Source: Macrostomum hystrix (lineage: Eukaryota; Animalia; Platyhelminthes). Taken from it: a stretch of 64,000 nt of DNA. The stretch's first letter is position 1. Every line of letters begins with the position of its first letter. A program made the position numbers and the translations under genes. Positions 50,001 through 62,394 of this stretch are shown in pieces. The notes under the pieces are model-generated. The model ran no database searches, was not told the DNA's origin, and was given only the letters and a program-made list of their open reading frames with translations. The stretch spans positions 8,370,001-8,434,000 of the forward strand of contig CATNEN010000001.1 of NCBI GenBank assembly GCA_950097015.1, written 5' to 3'.

Positions 50001-52574
50001 TTCCTCATTAGATTTAAAGTGTATGTTTCGGCTAAAAACCAGCATCATAAACTTTTTCTAAACAACGTGGCTTCCCGTCCTTCTACTCGTCAGTGGTCCA
50101 CGTGTAAATATTAAACAGTACTAAAAGTATTAATATATTCATGAGGTTGAAGCCTTGTGGTTAGAGCCTCAATTTGATTCCCGACTTCTTTATAGAATAT
50201 TTTTAGCATTTTGCAGGACACATAAAGCTGCATTGCTTCAGTTCACCCAGCTGTTAAATGAATGCCAGCAATAGCTGGGGGTATTTGAGTGTTAGCTGTG
50301 GAGTCCCCCCAGTCCATGGACTGAGCAGCCGTACGCAGCCTTCAAATGCGCTCTGCAATAGCTGCGGCTGTGCTGTCGGCTGCACATCTGGCCCGATTGG
50401 GACAGGTGCAATTTTTTTATTAAAAGAAAAAATTACCTAATGAAGAAAAACTCCACAAGTAGTATATTTGACCAGCCGCAGCTATTGCACTGCGTGTACA
50501 TGGCTGTTCAGTCCAATCAGGAATAGTTTTTACTCAAACGACTGAGCTAGGCATAGGCGCGCGTCTAAGTTTTTGCGAGTGATCAAAATGTATTAAAAAC
50601 AATTGAATTACCTGGTCCTCCGTAATACCATCTTCGGAATCAGCGTCTTCATTAGGCACCAATAGAGCCAGGATCAAAGGCACGCCGCCCAGGGCGCGAA
50701 CTTCGCACCTCACACCAGCATCCTCGGCTAGCTGAATCAGGCACCAGAGCGCATTCCAAGCCAGTTTGACATCGTCCGAACCGGTTAGATTCACTAACAA
50801 CGCGACTCCGTCCAGATCGGACACAGCTGTTCTAATGGACGAGTCGGATAGCAACAAGCGAAGCAGATTCACAGCCAGACGCTTGGACTGAGTATCGTAG
50901 CGATCGATAATAGCCAAGATCTGTTCGGCTAGCGACTCCGGCTTGACGCCGCCGCTGCCGCCGCCGCGCAGCATCTGCCTAGGCGACTCCTGCTGGGCCA
51001 ATGAGGCTAGGGCATGCAGTGAGCAGTGCAGAGTTGCCGAATCGTTGGCCGATAGCAGATGAACTAGAGACACGTGTACCTGCGGCGAGAGTAGGACACA
51101 ACTGTTAGATCATCATAACAGTAATGTTTGAAGACCCGCAGCCATCTAGCAGGCAATTATACTCATTCAGCTGACACCTAAGCGCGCCAGAGCATTTCGT
51201 ATACTACTTATTGTCTCATCTCTCTCCTTCAGAATCTTGATTGACGACTTCTAGAATATTAGTATCAAGGATATAAATAATTTATTGCAGGAGGGCTGCG
51301 GGACACTAGACCTGCAGCCAGCGAGGAAGCAATTCTGCCCATTCCGCTGACTCCTGAGCACACGAGCACAGAGGTGAAGTACGTCTGCTATGACTTTCTC
51401 ATCGTCATGCAGTGTACACCCTCACTGTGCCTTAAAGGTTGGCCCTGAAGGGAGTTCATTACACGACAATGAATGTGGCATTGTCGCGAAATGCGAAAGA
51501 CAAACGCTTTAGACCGCTCTGCCACTGACCCACTAGTAATCCGGGATTCAATAACATATAATCTGCCTCTGACCCACTAGTAATCCGGGATTCAATCACA
51601 TATAATCTGCCTCTGAGCCACTAGTAATCCGGGATTCAATCACATATAATCTGCCACTGACCCACTAGTAATCCGGGATTCAATCACATAAAATCTGCCA
51701 CTGACCCACTAGTAATCCGGGATTCAATCACATAAAATCTGCCACTGACCCACTAGTAATCCGGGATTCAATCACATAAAATCTGCCACTGACCCACTAG
51801 TAATCCGGGATTCAATCACATATAATCCAGAAATCAGAAGCTCGCTGACCTGCAGTTTTAAGAAGGTCTCCTTCCCAGTGCCGGCTGCGGAGCTGTGACT
51901 GGGGCAGGTGATGAGCTTCTGAAAGACGTTGCAGAACTCGCGCACAATGTCTAGCATGTGCGGAGTGTCGCCGTGAATCAGGTAACTTTCAGTCGCTAAT
52001 TTCAAAGCCTTGGCCAAGCATTCAACAGCTTCAGCATCTTCCAGACACCGGCGCTGCATGTAGCGATCGCGCAGGAGAATCCTGAGAGCACCAAGCAGGC
52101 CAAGCAGAGTGTCAGGTTGAGCCTCGGACATCCACGAGTCAGATTTCACTCGGCGGGATAGAAGCAGGTCCAGCAGACGCGAGGCGGCATGATTTGGGCC
52201 GAAGCGCCGCTCGTTTCGATGCGCCTGACAGAACAGATGCCAGAGCTCGGCCTCCTGCTGGTCGTGGGCGCTGGCGCGCGGACTGGCTAGCGGCCATGGA
52301 CTGGCTGGAACCGGTTTGGCGCCAACAGTTGGCTGGCTGGAGCGACGATTTTCGCGCGAGCTTTGTCTCTCTAAGCTAGGGGGCTGCTGCTGCTGCTGGG
52401 AGGTGACGGATGTTATTGGCAGCGGAAGCGACTTTTCCAACAGAAAAAGCAGCTCTCGAATTGGGTTTCTGTTTTTGATTGATAAAGATGAAATAAAATT
52501 TCATTTAATAATTAAACTTATAATAAAAAAAACTAGATAACTCACTGCTCAAATGTTGCATCTTCACTAGACAT
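43949..52574 (-). CDS. NEK10: NIMA-related kinase 10 (ARM repeats plus central kinase), 9 exons, 1113 aa
   Basis: Exons 52574-52546, 52468-51850, 51079-50612, 49808-49410, 48451-48148, 47284-47113, 46479-46164, 45825-45106, 44263-43949; in phase (3342 nt). RALRFLFSLERNR, FIDIGHY, LGSGAFGTVYKV, HRDLSPNNIMLG, DFGLAKQK, RVRQISDPI. Confidence 0.94.
44361..45052. repeat. 20-bp intronic minisatellite (agaatgttctatcaatctgc)
   Basis: Tandem array in NEK10 intron 8. Confidence 0.95.
45905..46010. repeat. 18-bp intronic minisatellite (gttaacttcagctaattc)
   Basis: About 6 units in NEK10 intron 7. Confidence 0.9.
46520..47020. repeat. 35-bp intronic minisatellite (gatgttaatgaccggataaatgactgctgtttgag)
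   Basis: Tandem array in NEK10 intron 6. Confidence 0.93.
47468..48041. repeat. 45-bp AT-rich intronic minisatellite
   Basis: ctaggaaatatataaatactcgtactataaatttagctgtatttt, about 13 units, NEK10 intron 5. Confidence 0.95.
48503..48965. repeat. 16-bp minisatellite (tgtctcatctctcccg)
   Basis: NEK10 intron 4; same family as 22473-24070. Confidence 0.95.
49020..49333 (+). mobile_element. SINE family A, near full length
   Basis: tRNA-like head, shared body, gcagccctcctg-(TTA)n end. Confidence 0.9.
50150..50410 (+). mobile_element. SINE family B, degenerate
   Basis: gcattgcttcagttcacccagctg and gctgcggctgtgctgtcggctgcac...ctggcccgattgg shared with 57490-57690. Confidence 0.7.
51280..51531 (-). 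mobile_element. SINE family A
   Basis: Reverse complement of the 49020 copy, ending ...ctctgccactgaccc. Confidence 0.88.
51519..51826. repeat. 44-bp minisatellite built on the SINE/flank junction
   Basis: ctgccactgacccactagtaatccgggattcaatcacatataat, about 7 units. Confidence 0.93.
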
Positions 52575-54430
52575 AACAAGCGAAGTTGTTTTATTGGAAT
52601 TTCTTTGAATTATGGAGGCAGAAAACTTTAAGCTGCAATTAGTAAGTTAGTGGCTATACAGTTTCTAGTCTTTTGATTGATTGATTGCTTAATAACTTTC
52701 AGATTTGAGTAGAATAATTTATGAGGTGCAGTTCAAAGCCAAACTATACTAAATCAATTTGTAAGCATTTATTATGCATTTTTTCTATAGCAGTTAAACA
52801 CTGAAAAGGTAAATGATTAAATAATTTCATTAAGCTTAACTTGCAAAATAGTTCACAGTTCAATAGTTGGGCACAGGTCCAATACTGTGATGCTCCAATT
52901 GTATCACCAATAATGCTATTTCAGTATTTGAGTTTTGGACCTTAATACTTTTTTCTTAGTATTGGACCATGGTACTAAGCGATACATTTTCTTAAGTCCA
53001 ATAATTGAATATAATCAATCTAGTACTAAAACATCATTGGTTTTTTTCAGCTAAAATGATTAAAGAAAATAACAAAAAAATGTTAATTGTGTAATTTAAT
53101 AACACCTGTTTTCTTTTGATTTTGATCAATTAAACATAACATTCGGTTTTTGTTCTGATTCTGAACACTCACTGTCATTATTGATGAGTGATCACAAATG
53201 ACAAATTCACAACTTTGACTAACTAGTTAGTAATAGTAACTACAACTAAAACTGCTACATCAAGTTTTTTTTTAAATTATATATATATATTTAATTTTAC
53301 CTTGTATAGGGACATACTTACTTTAAACTTAATTAGTGAGTTATTGTACTGGCAAAATAGAATTGTACTGTACTAATAATAAAAAAAATGCAATTTATAA
53401 CAATATTTCACCCATTTAATCTTATTTTCTGGTCAGCAATGTCTCAATAGAGTCCTTAGCATCTAAGAAAAAACCGACTAAAAACTTTTTTTCAATTTTA
53501 GGCTGTACAAATAATGAGAAAAAATAGTATCAGACAAAGTATCATATTAAAGTATTGGGCAAAACTAAAATTTTGTACAACAAATCTTGCCAATACATTT
53601 TGCCTGAGTATTGGTATTGTAATATCACTTTAAAGCTCAGAGTTTAGATTATCAGTACAGTAGGCCTTGCTAAGATTTTAAATATCTGGTGTTTGGCGCC
53701 TATTGTCTATTGAAACTTTTAATTTTTTAATTAATTGACACAATTTATGTAGCAAGAATTTTTACCCAATAAAAAAGTTAAGCAACACTAGTGTAGCCAC
53801 TTTATTGCATTAGGGCCTATGTACTTAACAAAATATTCTCTAATGGATTAATGCTGGCACATGTTTCTATATGGATTTATAATCTGAATTTTCGGCAGTT
53901 CACTGACTTAACTATATAATAATATATATATTATATATATATTATATATATAACATATAATAATTAACAGTCAAAGAAATTCTCAACTTCATTGTACGCT
54001 CAGCGGCTCAGTATGTGCACTGACTACTTTCTACTCACTTCTTAGAAATGAAACTATGATATAGTAATCAGAATTGGATGCACAGCGATCCTGTATATCA
54101 AATTATAAGTATGCAATAATGTACTTCAGAGTTTTATTTGTGTGATAGAAACCTGAATTGCGTAATATTAAGCCCGTAATATTGCAATGACCTGTAGTTA
54201 TTTTTAGAATTGATCAAAATAAAAGAATGAAAGGACGCTAGTTTTTTCAATTCGTTTTAAAAAAATATAGAAAAAATAACTTGATGTGATTTATTAAAGC
54301 AAATAAGTATTTCTTTTGACCTTGGTTCTTATTCGCGCACATAAAAAATGTACATTTTGCTTAAACCCTTGTTTTTTTCGCTTTATTTGAAAGAGTCGAA
54401 AATTCCAAATTTCACAACATTTTTATAAGG

Positions 54431-54921
54431 CAGTTGTTATTTACCTACCGGACAAATAGCCGTTTGATTATTCGTCCGGTTAGGCCCCTAGTGATTTTAT
54501 TGTTAATTTTAGATTTCATACCAAATGTCTGCATTAAAAGGAAGGCACCAAACTATGCATGTCGGAAGAGATCTTCCCTTTAAGCCAATTTTTTTATATC
54601 TAACTAATGTCTGTTTGATTTGTATTTTTATCCAACTAAAGAGTAGGCCTAACCTAAGTTCCTTTGAAGCGTGAAGTTGTAAATGTAGCGACTCATTCGA
54701 ATACTTCTACAAAGTCAACTGGGTCACCAGCGAAGGACGATACCATGATCAACAGCGAGGACCACAATTTCAACTCCTCAATAGGCTTTCCTCTTGAGTG
54801 ATTAACTAAGTTATGAGGAGTTGTAGCGCTACCATGAGAACCCCTATCATTTTTAAGATAAAATAATTAACCGGAAAAATAATTAAACGGCTATTTGTCC
54901 AGTTAACCGGACAAATAACAA
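54431..54921. mobile_element. MITE-like element with ~55-bp imperfect TIRs in the NEK10/NUP98 intergenic region
   Basis: agttgttatt...ggacaaatagccgtttgattattcgtccggtta at left; inverse taaccggaaaaataattaaacggctatttgtcc...aataacaact at right. Confidence 0.75.
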
Positions 54922-55878
54922 CTAACTTTTTATAATTGGAGCACATTGAACACATTGTTGTTCACATTAGCAAAGCAGAAGTGAAAGTTTATTTCACAAT
55001 TATTCGAAATGTTGTAGTTGATTGATTCAGAATTTTTTTGTGTTTTTGTTAGTTTTATATCGTTTTTGTAGTTTATTGAACATTTCTTGTTATTACTGTA
55101 CTTTAGAGTTTTATACAATACATATTGAAGATAGGATTTTAATAAAAGTTATGATCAAATAGAAATAGAAATTTGCTAAAATACGATAAACAATAAGATT
55201 TTTATGTGATCATTACAGTACCTCTATGAACATATAATATTCTTTCTTTGTTTTTTAAAATTTAGAATTGAAATGTTTACTTGCAAAATTGAACTAGGCG
55301 GCAGGCCCTACCTTTTCTGCTTTTCATGGCTTCTTGATCTTTAATCCTATAAAGCACTTGAGGTTTTTCAATTGACTTGAAATTCAATTAGACACTTAGG
55401 ATCCTAGACACTTTGTCATCTTTCACTTTCGTCATCTACTTTGAAGATACTAGGCCTACACTTTGTTGGTTCTTGGACACTTTGTCATCTGAATGATTCC
55501 TGACTCCACTAAAACAATTTGTGTCCTTTAGCAAGACACTAAACTCTGCATTGCTTTAGTTCACCCATTTTCATTTTATTTTTCATATTCCATATTTGAA
55601 ATTATAATTATAAATATTTATGATGTCAAGTTAGTGTTATAAGTAATTAATTCAAATTATGTACTTTTAATTCTAACTTATATAAAACATACTCATAGGC
55701 CTACTTTAAAAACTTCATGCAATTCGAACATATTCAAGCCAAAAAATATTAAACAGATTCTGGAATTATAATCCATAGTTTAAAAATATATTTATATTAG
55801 ATACAAATAGCTTTAAGATGCAAACTTTTCAATCTGACTTTTAGTGCATTATTTTATTTTATTTCACATTTCATAGCA

Positions 55879-58800
55879 ATGTTCGGCAGCAATCCATTTG
55901 GCAAACCTGCCACCCCAGTGCAGCCAACTGCTGGAAGCAGTCTGTTTGGCAGTCCATCAGCAGCTGGCAGCTCCACCAACTCAACCGGTCTGTTTGGCGC
56001 CGCAGCCAGACCTGGCGGCCTGCTATCTAGCCCAGCCGGCTCCACCTTCGGCATGATGCAGCCAAATGTTGGCCTGCAACAGCAGACTTCTGTTGTGCCC
56101 GGCTCTTCCAGTGTGACATTTGGCGGCGCTGGAACTGCTGGCGGCGCTGGAACTGGCAGCATATTTGGCGCATCTGGCGGGTTTGGTGCCACTGGCAGCA
56201 TGGGCATGTCCAGTAGTCTTGGCGCCACCGGAGTCGGTTCAATTGTTGGTGGCTCTAGACCGTCTTTTAATCCACCAATTAGTACAGAGAGTTCTACGCA
56301 GGTAAAAACATGCTTGGTATTGATTTAGTCTATTCGAACTCTTTTTTGAGTATCAAATCGCAAATTTTTCGATACATATCGGGTAAATGTCGTCTAAATT
56401 TTGTGTACAGTGTTTTGTGAGGTTAATCCTCTAGGGTGCAAATTGCACTTAAAGCCTTCTCTCCGCGGCTGCGCCCAAAATGAATGTGGCCTCGCCGAGC
56501 TCGGGGACCTTAGTGCGAGAAACAAACTCGTTAGACCGCTCTGCCACTTACCTCTAACAGGCTTTCAATTTGGTTCTTGATTAAGTTTTTCTATACATAT
56601 CGGACAAATATGGTAAACCCCTTGTGGCAGTGTCCCTCATATTTTAGTTATTCAAAAATTGTTTTGGACCAAGAATTTTGTTTAAAAAGTTTTCTATACA
56701 TATAGGATAAATATAGTAAAAGCCTTGTGGCAGTGTGTCCCTCATATTTTTAGTTATTCAAAAATTGTTTTGGACCAAGAATTTTGTTTAAAAAGTTTTC
56801 TTTACATATAGGATAGACACTCCACTATCAAATTTGTTCAGGCAAAGGGCGGCGCTCAGCAGACCGTGAACACTAAGCACATGGTGATCACCGCTATGAA
56901 AGAATATCAGGCCGGCAGCCTTGAGGAATTGCGCTCGGAAGACTACGCCGCTGGTAGGCGGGGTCCGCAATCCGTTGTCGGATCCGCCGGTGGAGTTGGC
57001 ATGTTCGGCGCTTCCTCTGTGCAGCCAGCGTCAGCCGCCGCGCCCGCTGTTGGAAGCCTGTTCGGCAGCGGGGCCGGCACAGGTGGTCTGTTTGGTAGCG
57101 GCGCCGGTGCTAGCAATCCAGGCGCTGCTAAGCCGTTCGGCGCAGCCACATCCGCCGTACCGACTTTCGGTAGCGTGGCATCGTCGACCGCTACTCAGAA
57201 TGTCGGCGGCGGGGGCCTATTCGGCTTCAATGCCGGAGCATCTTCAACTGTCGGCTCTACGGGCACTGGCGCCGGCGGACTATTTGGCGCCTCATCCGCC
57301 GCGGGAGCTGCTAAGCCTACCGGATTTGCATTCGGCTCAACTGCTAGTCAGCCAACTTCAGTAAGCGAATAAGATGACGAGGAATCTTTAACTTGTATTA
57401 TAGTCATACTGACTCTCGCCGTTTACCTAAAAAAGGACTAGGCGCTGATCATTCTGCACTAATTATAAAGAAGAATGATGACATCTGCCCTGGTTTTAGC
57501 CTAGTGGTTAGAGCGTTGGACTCACGACGTGAAGGTCGGTGGTTCGATTCTCGAATCCACGAAGCATTTCTTTCCCTTAACAAGACACTTAACTGAGCAT
57601 TGCTTCAGTTCACCCAGCTGTACCAGCATCAGCTGCGGCTGTGCTGTCGGCTGCACACCTGGCCCGATTGGAGCAGATGTAGTCAAATTTTTATAATTAT
57701 TACTGTGCCTTCAAGGTTGGCCCTCAAAGGCGCTAATTGCACGACAAACCCCCAAGTCTTCTCCGTGGCGGCGTGGCCTCGCCGCAGAATTAAGAGAGGC
57801 AAACTTGTCTGACCGCTCTGCTACGCACTTAAGCCCTTTCTCAGCCCCCATTCTAGTGTTATTTCTCCATGCCTTCGCAGGTCGCAGCTCCGGTCTCGGG
57901 TACCACCTCGCTATTTGGCGGCGCCGCAGCTGGCGGAGGCCTGTTTGGTTCGTCGGCGGCCAACGCGGCTAAGCCGAGTCCGTTTTCGTTCGGCGCATCG
58001 ACTGGAGTGTCGACCGCTTCGGCCACTCCGGCAGCCGGCTCGGCGTTCGGTTTCGGCGCTCCCACAGGTGCCACCGGTGGTGGCCTGTTCGGTGGTGCTG
58101 CTAATGCCGCTAAACCGTTCGCATTTGGCGCATCAACTGGCACCGCGCCTGGCACTTCCACAGCTTCTGGCGGCTCGTTCTTTGGCGCCCCGGCGGCTGC
58201 TCCGAATGTCTCAGCTGCGCCTGGTGGTGGCCTCTTCGGCGGCGGCGGCGGTGCCTTTGGCTCCACAGCGGTATGTCATTGCGACATCCTGTTCCAGACC
58301 CCCTTTCCCAGATGCTCACTCACCCACTTTCTCAAAGACTCAAATCATTTCCCGCACCCTCAGATTCTGTCCTGCACCCTCAGATTCTGTCCTACACCCT
58401 CAGATTCTGTCCTACACCCTCAGATTCTGTCCTGCACCCTCAGATTCTGTCCTCCACCCTCAGATTCTGTCCTACACCCTCAGATTCTGTCCTGCACCCT
58501 CAGATTCTGTCCTACATGCACCCTCAGATTCTGTCCTACACCATCAGACTCTGTCCTGCACCCTCAGATTCTGTCCTCCACCCTCAGATTCTGTCCTCCA
58601 CCCTCAAATTATTTCCTACACCCTCAGATTCTGTCCCACAACCTCAGATTCTGCCCCACACCCTCAGATTCTGTCCTACACCCTCAGATTCTGTCCCACA
58701 CCCTCAGATTCTGTCCTACACCCTCAGATTCTGTCCTACACCCTCAGATTCTGTCCTACACCCTCAGATTCTGTCCTACACCCTCAGATTCTGTCCTACA

Positions 58801-60659
58801 CCCTCAGATTCTGTCCTACACCCTCAGATTCTGTCCCTCACCCTCAGATTCTGTCCCACACCCTCAGATTCTGTCCCTCACCCTCAGATTCTGTCCCACA
58901 CCCTCAGATTCTGTCCCTCACCCTCAGATTCTGTCCCACACCCTCAGATTCTGTCCCACACCCTCAGATTCTGTCCTACACCCTCAGATTCTGTCCCACA
59001 CCCTCAGATTCTGTCCTCCACCCTCAAATTATTTCCTACACCCTGAGATTCTGTCCTTCACCCTCTGTTTCCCCCACAGCCAAAACCTCTATTCGGCGCC
59101 ACCCAGCCGTCAACCGGTCTGACGCAGCTCGGCTTCGGCTCAGTCGGCGGCTCCGCAGGAGGTTCTGCTGCGCCTTCTTCCGTTGGGGGCGCATTCGGAT
59201 TCAATCTGCAGAACACAGGCCAAGGTGTTGGTGGCGGCGGCATGTTGCTAGGCCAGACTCCATTCCAGTCTAGTCTGCAATCAACAGTTGGTCAGCCCGG
59301 TGCATCGCTGATGCAGCAACCGTTTCAATTGAATCAGCCTTCTCTATTGGGTAATACAACTGGAGCTGGTGCTGCGCAAATGTCAATTGGATTGAGTGCC
59401 AATCACGACGAGGCACTCTTGCAGCAGGCTAGGGTGCAACAGCAGGTATGAATTCGAAAAAATTATTTGGGTCTGTTGGGTCCTGGTATTATCCTTAGCT
59501 TATTTAATCTAGGTATCCGGTTTTAATATTTAATTTTTAAGCTTTTCAGTCCGTAGTTCCATGTGTTTTTGGTCTATAGTTTCGTTTTTTTAGTCAGTAG
59601 TTTCGTGTTTTTCGGTCTGTAGATTCGGGTTTTTCGGTGTGTAGTTTCGGGTTTTTCGGTCTGTAGTTTCGGGTTTTTCGGTCAGTACTTTCGGGTTCTT
59701 TTGGTCAGTAGATTCGGGTTTTTCGGTCTCTAGTTTCGGGTTTTTCGGTCAGTAGTTTCGGGTTTTTCGGTGTGTAGTTTCGGGTTTTTCGGTCAGTAGA
59801 TTCGGGTTTTTTCGGTCAGTGATTCGGGTTTTTCGGTCAGTAGATTCGGGTTTTTCGGTCAGTAGATTCGGGTTTTTCGGTCAGTAGATTCGGGTTTTTT
59901 CGGTCAGTAGATTCGGGTTATTCAGTATAGTGATTAGGTTTCTAGTGATTTATTGTTCAACAAACTAATTTCATTATAATTCCCCAGGTGCTAGACCTGG
60001 TGCAAACTCTACCATACGGGACAGCTCACCTATCTCGCCAATTGTCGTCAAGCACATCGTCTGCGGCTAGCAGTTTAAATCCAATCGCCAGTTTTGGTCC
60101 CTATTCGCCAGTGTCGGCCTACAATTATTACGCCGCATCATCGTCCAATAGCCGGTATCAGAACAGCCAGCAGCAGCAGCAGCAGCAGCAGTACATGCTG
60201 CCAGTTGCTACACAGCGCGCCCTAGCAAATGCAACTAATTTCACGCCAAACTTTTCAATGGGCGTGTCGCCTAAACCAGCTGGCAAAGGCTCACCTCTAG
60301 CCAGACCAATTCAGGTAGCCAATAGGAAGCAACTGTTTGAAGGCTTTGAACAGTCCGACTCTATGATTGGTCATCAGCATCAACAATCTGTTAATTCTAC
60401 TAGCAACGGTACTGACAATGGGTTGTTTTTCCTTGAGAAATCCAATTGGAAGAAGTTGACATTGCCATCGTCTGTGCTGAGATCTTCTCTAGATTCCGCA
60501 TCTGCTTCGGCTATCGCCGCTTCGGCTACGACTAAAGCTACTGCATCCAATGCTGCCGCTGCTGCTGCTGCAAAATCTAAGTCGCTAAATGATTCACTTG
60601 GTGTCGCTTCACCTGTTGAAAGTGGCCAGCAGCTACCAGATAGCAGTAGTGCTATTTAG
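55879..60659 (+). CDS. NUP98: Nucleoporin Nup98 (FG/GLFG repeats plus GLEBS), 5 exons, 789 aa, no autoproteolytic domain visible
   Basis: Exons 55879-56301, 56842-57360, 57881-58270, 59080-59445, 59988-60659; all phase 0. GLFG repeats; GLEBS NTKHMVITAMKEY..SLEELRSEDY; post-FG motifs LPYG, QRAL, LFEG, WKKLTL; TAG at 60657-60659. Confidence 0.92.
56440..56552 (-). mobile_element. SINE family A 5' fragment
   Basis: Inverse of the SINE head, in NUP98 intron 1. Confidence 0.75.
57490..57690 (+). mobile_element. tRNA-derived SINE family B
   Basis: A box TAGCCTAGTGG, B box GGTTCGATTC, then caagacacttaact...cacccagctg core; fragments also at 50150 and ~55520. Confidence 0.8.
57700..57825 (-). mobile_element. 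SINE family A fragment, tail-to-tail with SINE B
   Basis: ctgtgccttcaaggttggccctc...gaccgctctgc. Confidence 0.75.
58355..59062. repeat. 20-bp intronic minisatellite (ccctcagattctgtcctaca)
   Basis: NUP98 intron 3. Confidence 0.95.
59580..59925. repeat. ~20-bp intronic minisatellite (agtagattcgggtttttcggtc-like)
   Basis: NUP98 intron 4. Confidence 0.92.
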
Positions 60660-60820
60660 GTCCCAATGGAACGTTGCCAACTAGAAGTCTTTGTTGAATC
60701 TTAAAAGGTTTTAACGAATTTCAAGTTTGGAAAACAAGTTTATACAGACTGTTGTTACTTACCATTCATGTCCATTGAAAAAAGTTAACGATTTTGTTGT
60801 TTTTAAAGCATAAACTGGTT

Positions 60821-61256
60821 CTGACAGGATTCTGTGTCAGTATTCCGGATCTGACAGAATTCTGTGTCAGTATTCCGGATCTGACAGGATTCTGTGTCAG
60901 TATTCCGGATCTGACAGAATTCTGTGTCAGTATTCCGGATCTGACAAAATTCTGTGTCAGTATTCCGGATCTGACAGAATTCTGTGTCAGTATTCCGGAT
61001 CTGACAAAATTCTGTGTCAGTATTCCGGATCTGACAGAATTCTGTGTCAGTATTCCGGATCTGACAGAATTCTGTGTCAGTATTCCGGATCTGACAAAAT
61101 TCTGTGTCAGTATTCCGGATCTGACAGAATTCTGTGTCAGTATTCCGGATCTGACAGAATTCTGTGTCAGTATTCCGGATCTGACAGGATTCTGTGTCAG
61201 TATTCCGGATCTGACAGAATTCTGTGTCAGTATTCCGGATCTGACAGAATTCTGTC
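60821..61256. repeat. 30-bp palindrome-rich minisatellite (ctgacagaattctgtgtcagtattccggat)
   Basis: About 14.5 units. Confidence 0.95.
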
Positions 61257-61260
61257 ATTC

Positions 61261-61918
61261 GAACATGTCAGATCTGTTTTAGTTAAAGTGGCATTGAGTA
61301 GATTAGCCCTGTCAGAACATGTCAGATCTGTATTAGTTAAAGTGGCATTGAGTAGATTAGCCCTGTCAGAACATGTCAGATCTGTATTAGTTAAAGTGGC
61401 ATTGAGTAGATTAGCCCTGTCAGAACATGCCAGATCTGTTTTAGTTAAAGTGGCATTGAGTAGATTAGCTCTGTCAGAACATGTCAGATCTGTTTTAGTT
61501 AAAGTGGCATTGAGTAGATTAGCCCTGTCAGAACATGTCAGATCTGTATTAGTTAAAGTGGCATTGAGTAGATTAGCCCTGTCAGAACATGTCAGATCTG
61601 TTTTAGTTAAAGTGGCATTGAGTAGATTAGCCCTGTCAGAACATGTCAGATCTGTTTTAGTTAAAGTGGCATTGAGTAGATTAGCCCTGTCAGAACATGT
61701 CAGATCTGTTTTAGTTAAAGTGGCATTGAGTAGATTAGCCCTGTCAGAACATGTCAGATCTGTTTTAGTTAAAGTGGCATTGAGTAGATTAGCCCTGTCA
61801 GAACATGTCAGATCTGTTTTAGTTAAAGTGGCATTGAGTAGATTAGCTCTGTCAGAACATGTCAGATCTGTTTTAGTTAAAGTGGCATTGAGTAGATTAG
61901 CTCTGTCAGAACATGTCA
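61261..61918. repeat. 54-bp minisatellite
   Basis: gaacatgtcagatctgttttagttaaagtggcattgagtagattagccctgtca, about 12 units. Confidence 0.95.
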
Positions 61919-62394
61919 TCCTTTTCCAGACAAATAAATTACCTTATAACTCGTAGTTTAGTAATATGCTATGTAATCAACTTGTAATTTTATTTTCTCG
62001 TTGATTGAATTGCCTGTTACCACTGTAATTGTTTTTAAAACACTTCAATTTTCTGTCTTGTGTCACGCTCGATTTAATTTACTATTTGTAACTTTTCTAG
62101 TTCCTGGGTAATTGTGGTGTTTTGAAATTACGCATAAAATTTTCAAAAAAGGATTTAAATACACACTGCATGCATGATGCCGCCCAATTTTCGTTCCAAA
62201 AACAGTTTTATTTTATTGCAGAGTATCAAAGTGTTTTGTTACATTTTTAGTTTACTAAACTAATAAAATATCTAGGTGTAAAAATATCGTTAGTCAAAAG
62301 TAATTTAACAACTTTTTGTAGTGTCTTTACACTTGTTCATCAGTCCACAAGATATGTATGCGTTTCCTTTTCAATTATTATTCACTCCTTTCAC

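Noticed and set aside
57490-57565. Possible tRNA gene
   Set aside because: A and B boxes are present but the stems pair poorly, and it continues into a body repeated elsewhere, so it is a SINE head.
60657-60703. Stop-codon readthrough rescuing NUP98
   Set aside because: Readthrough adds only ~14 residues before TAA, with no autoprotease similarity.
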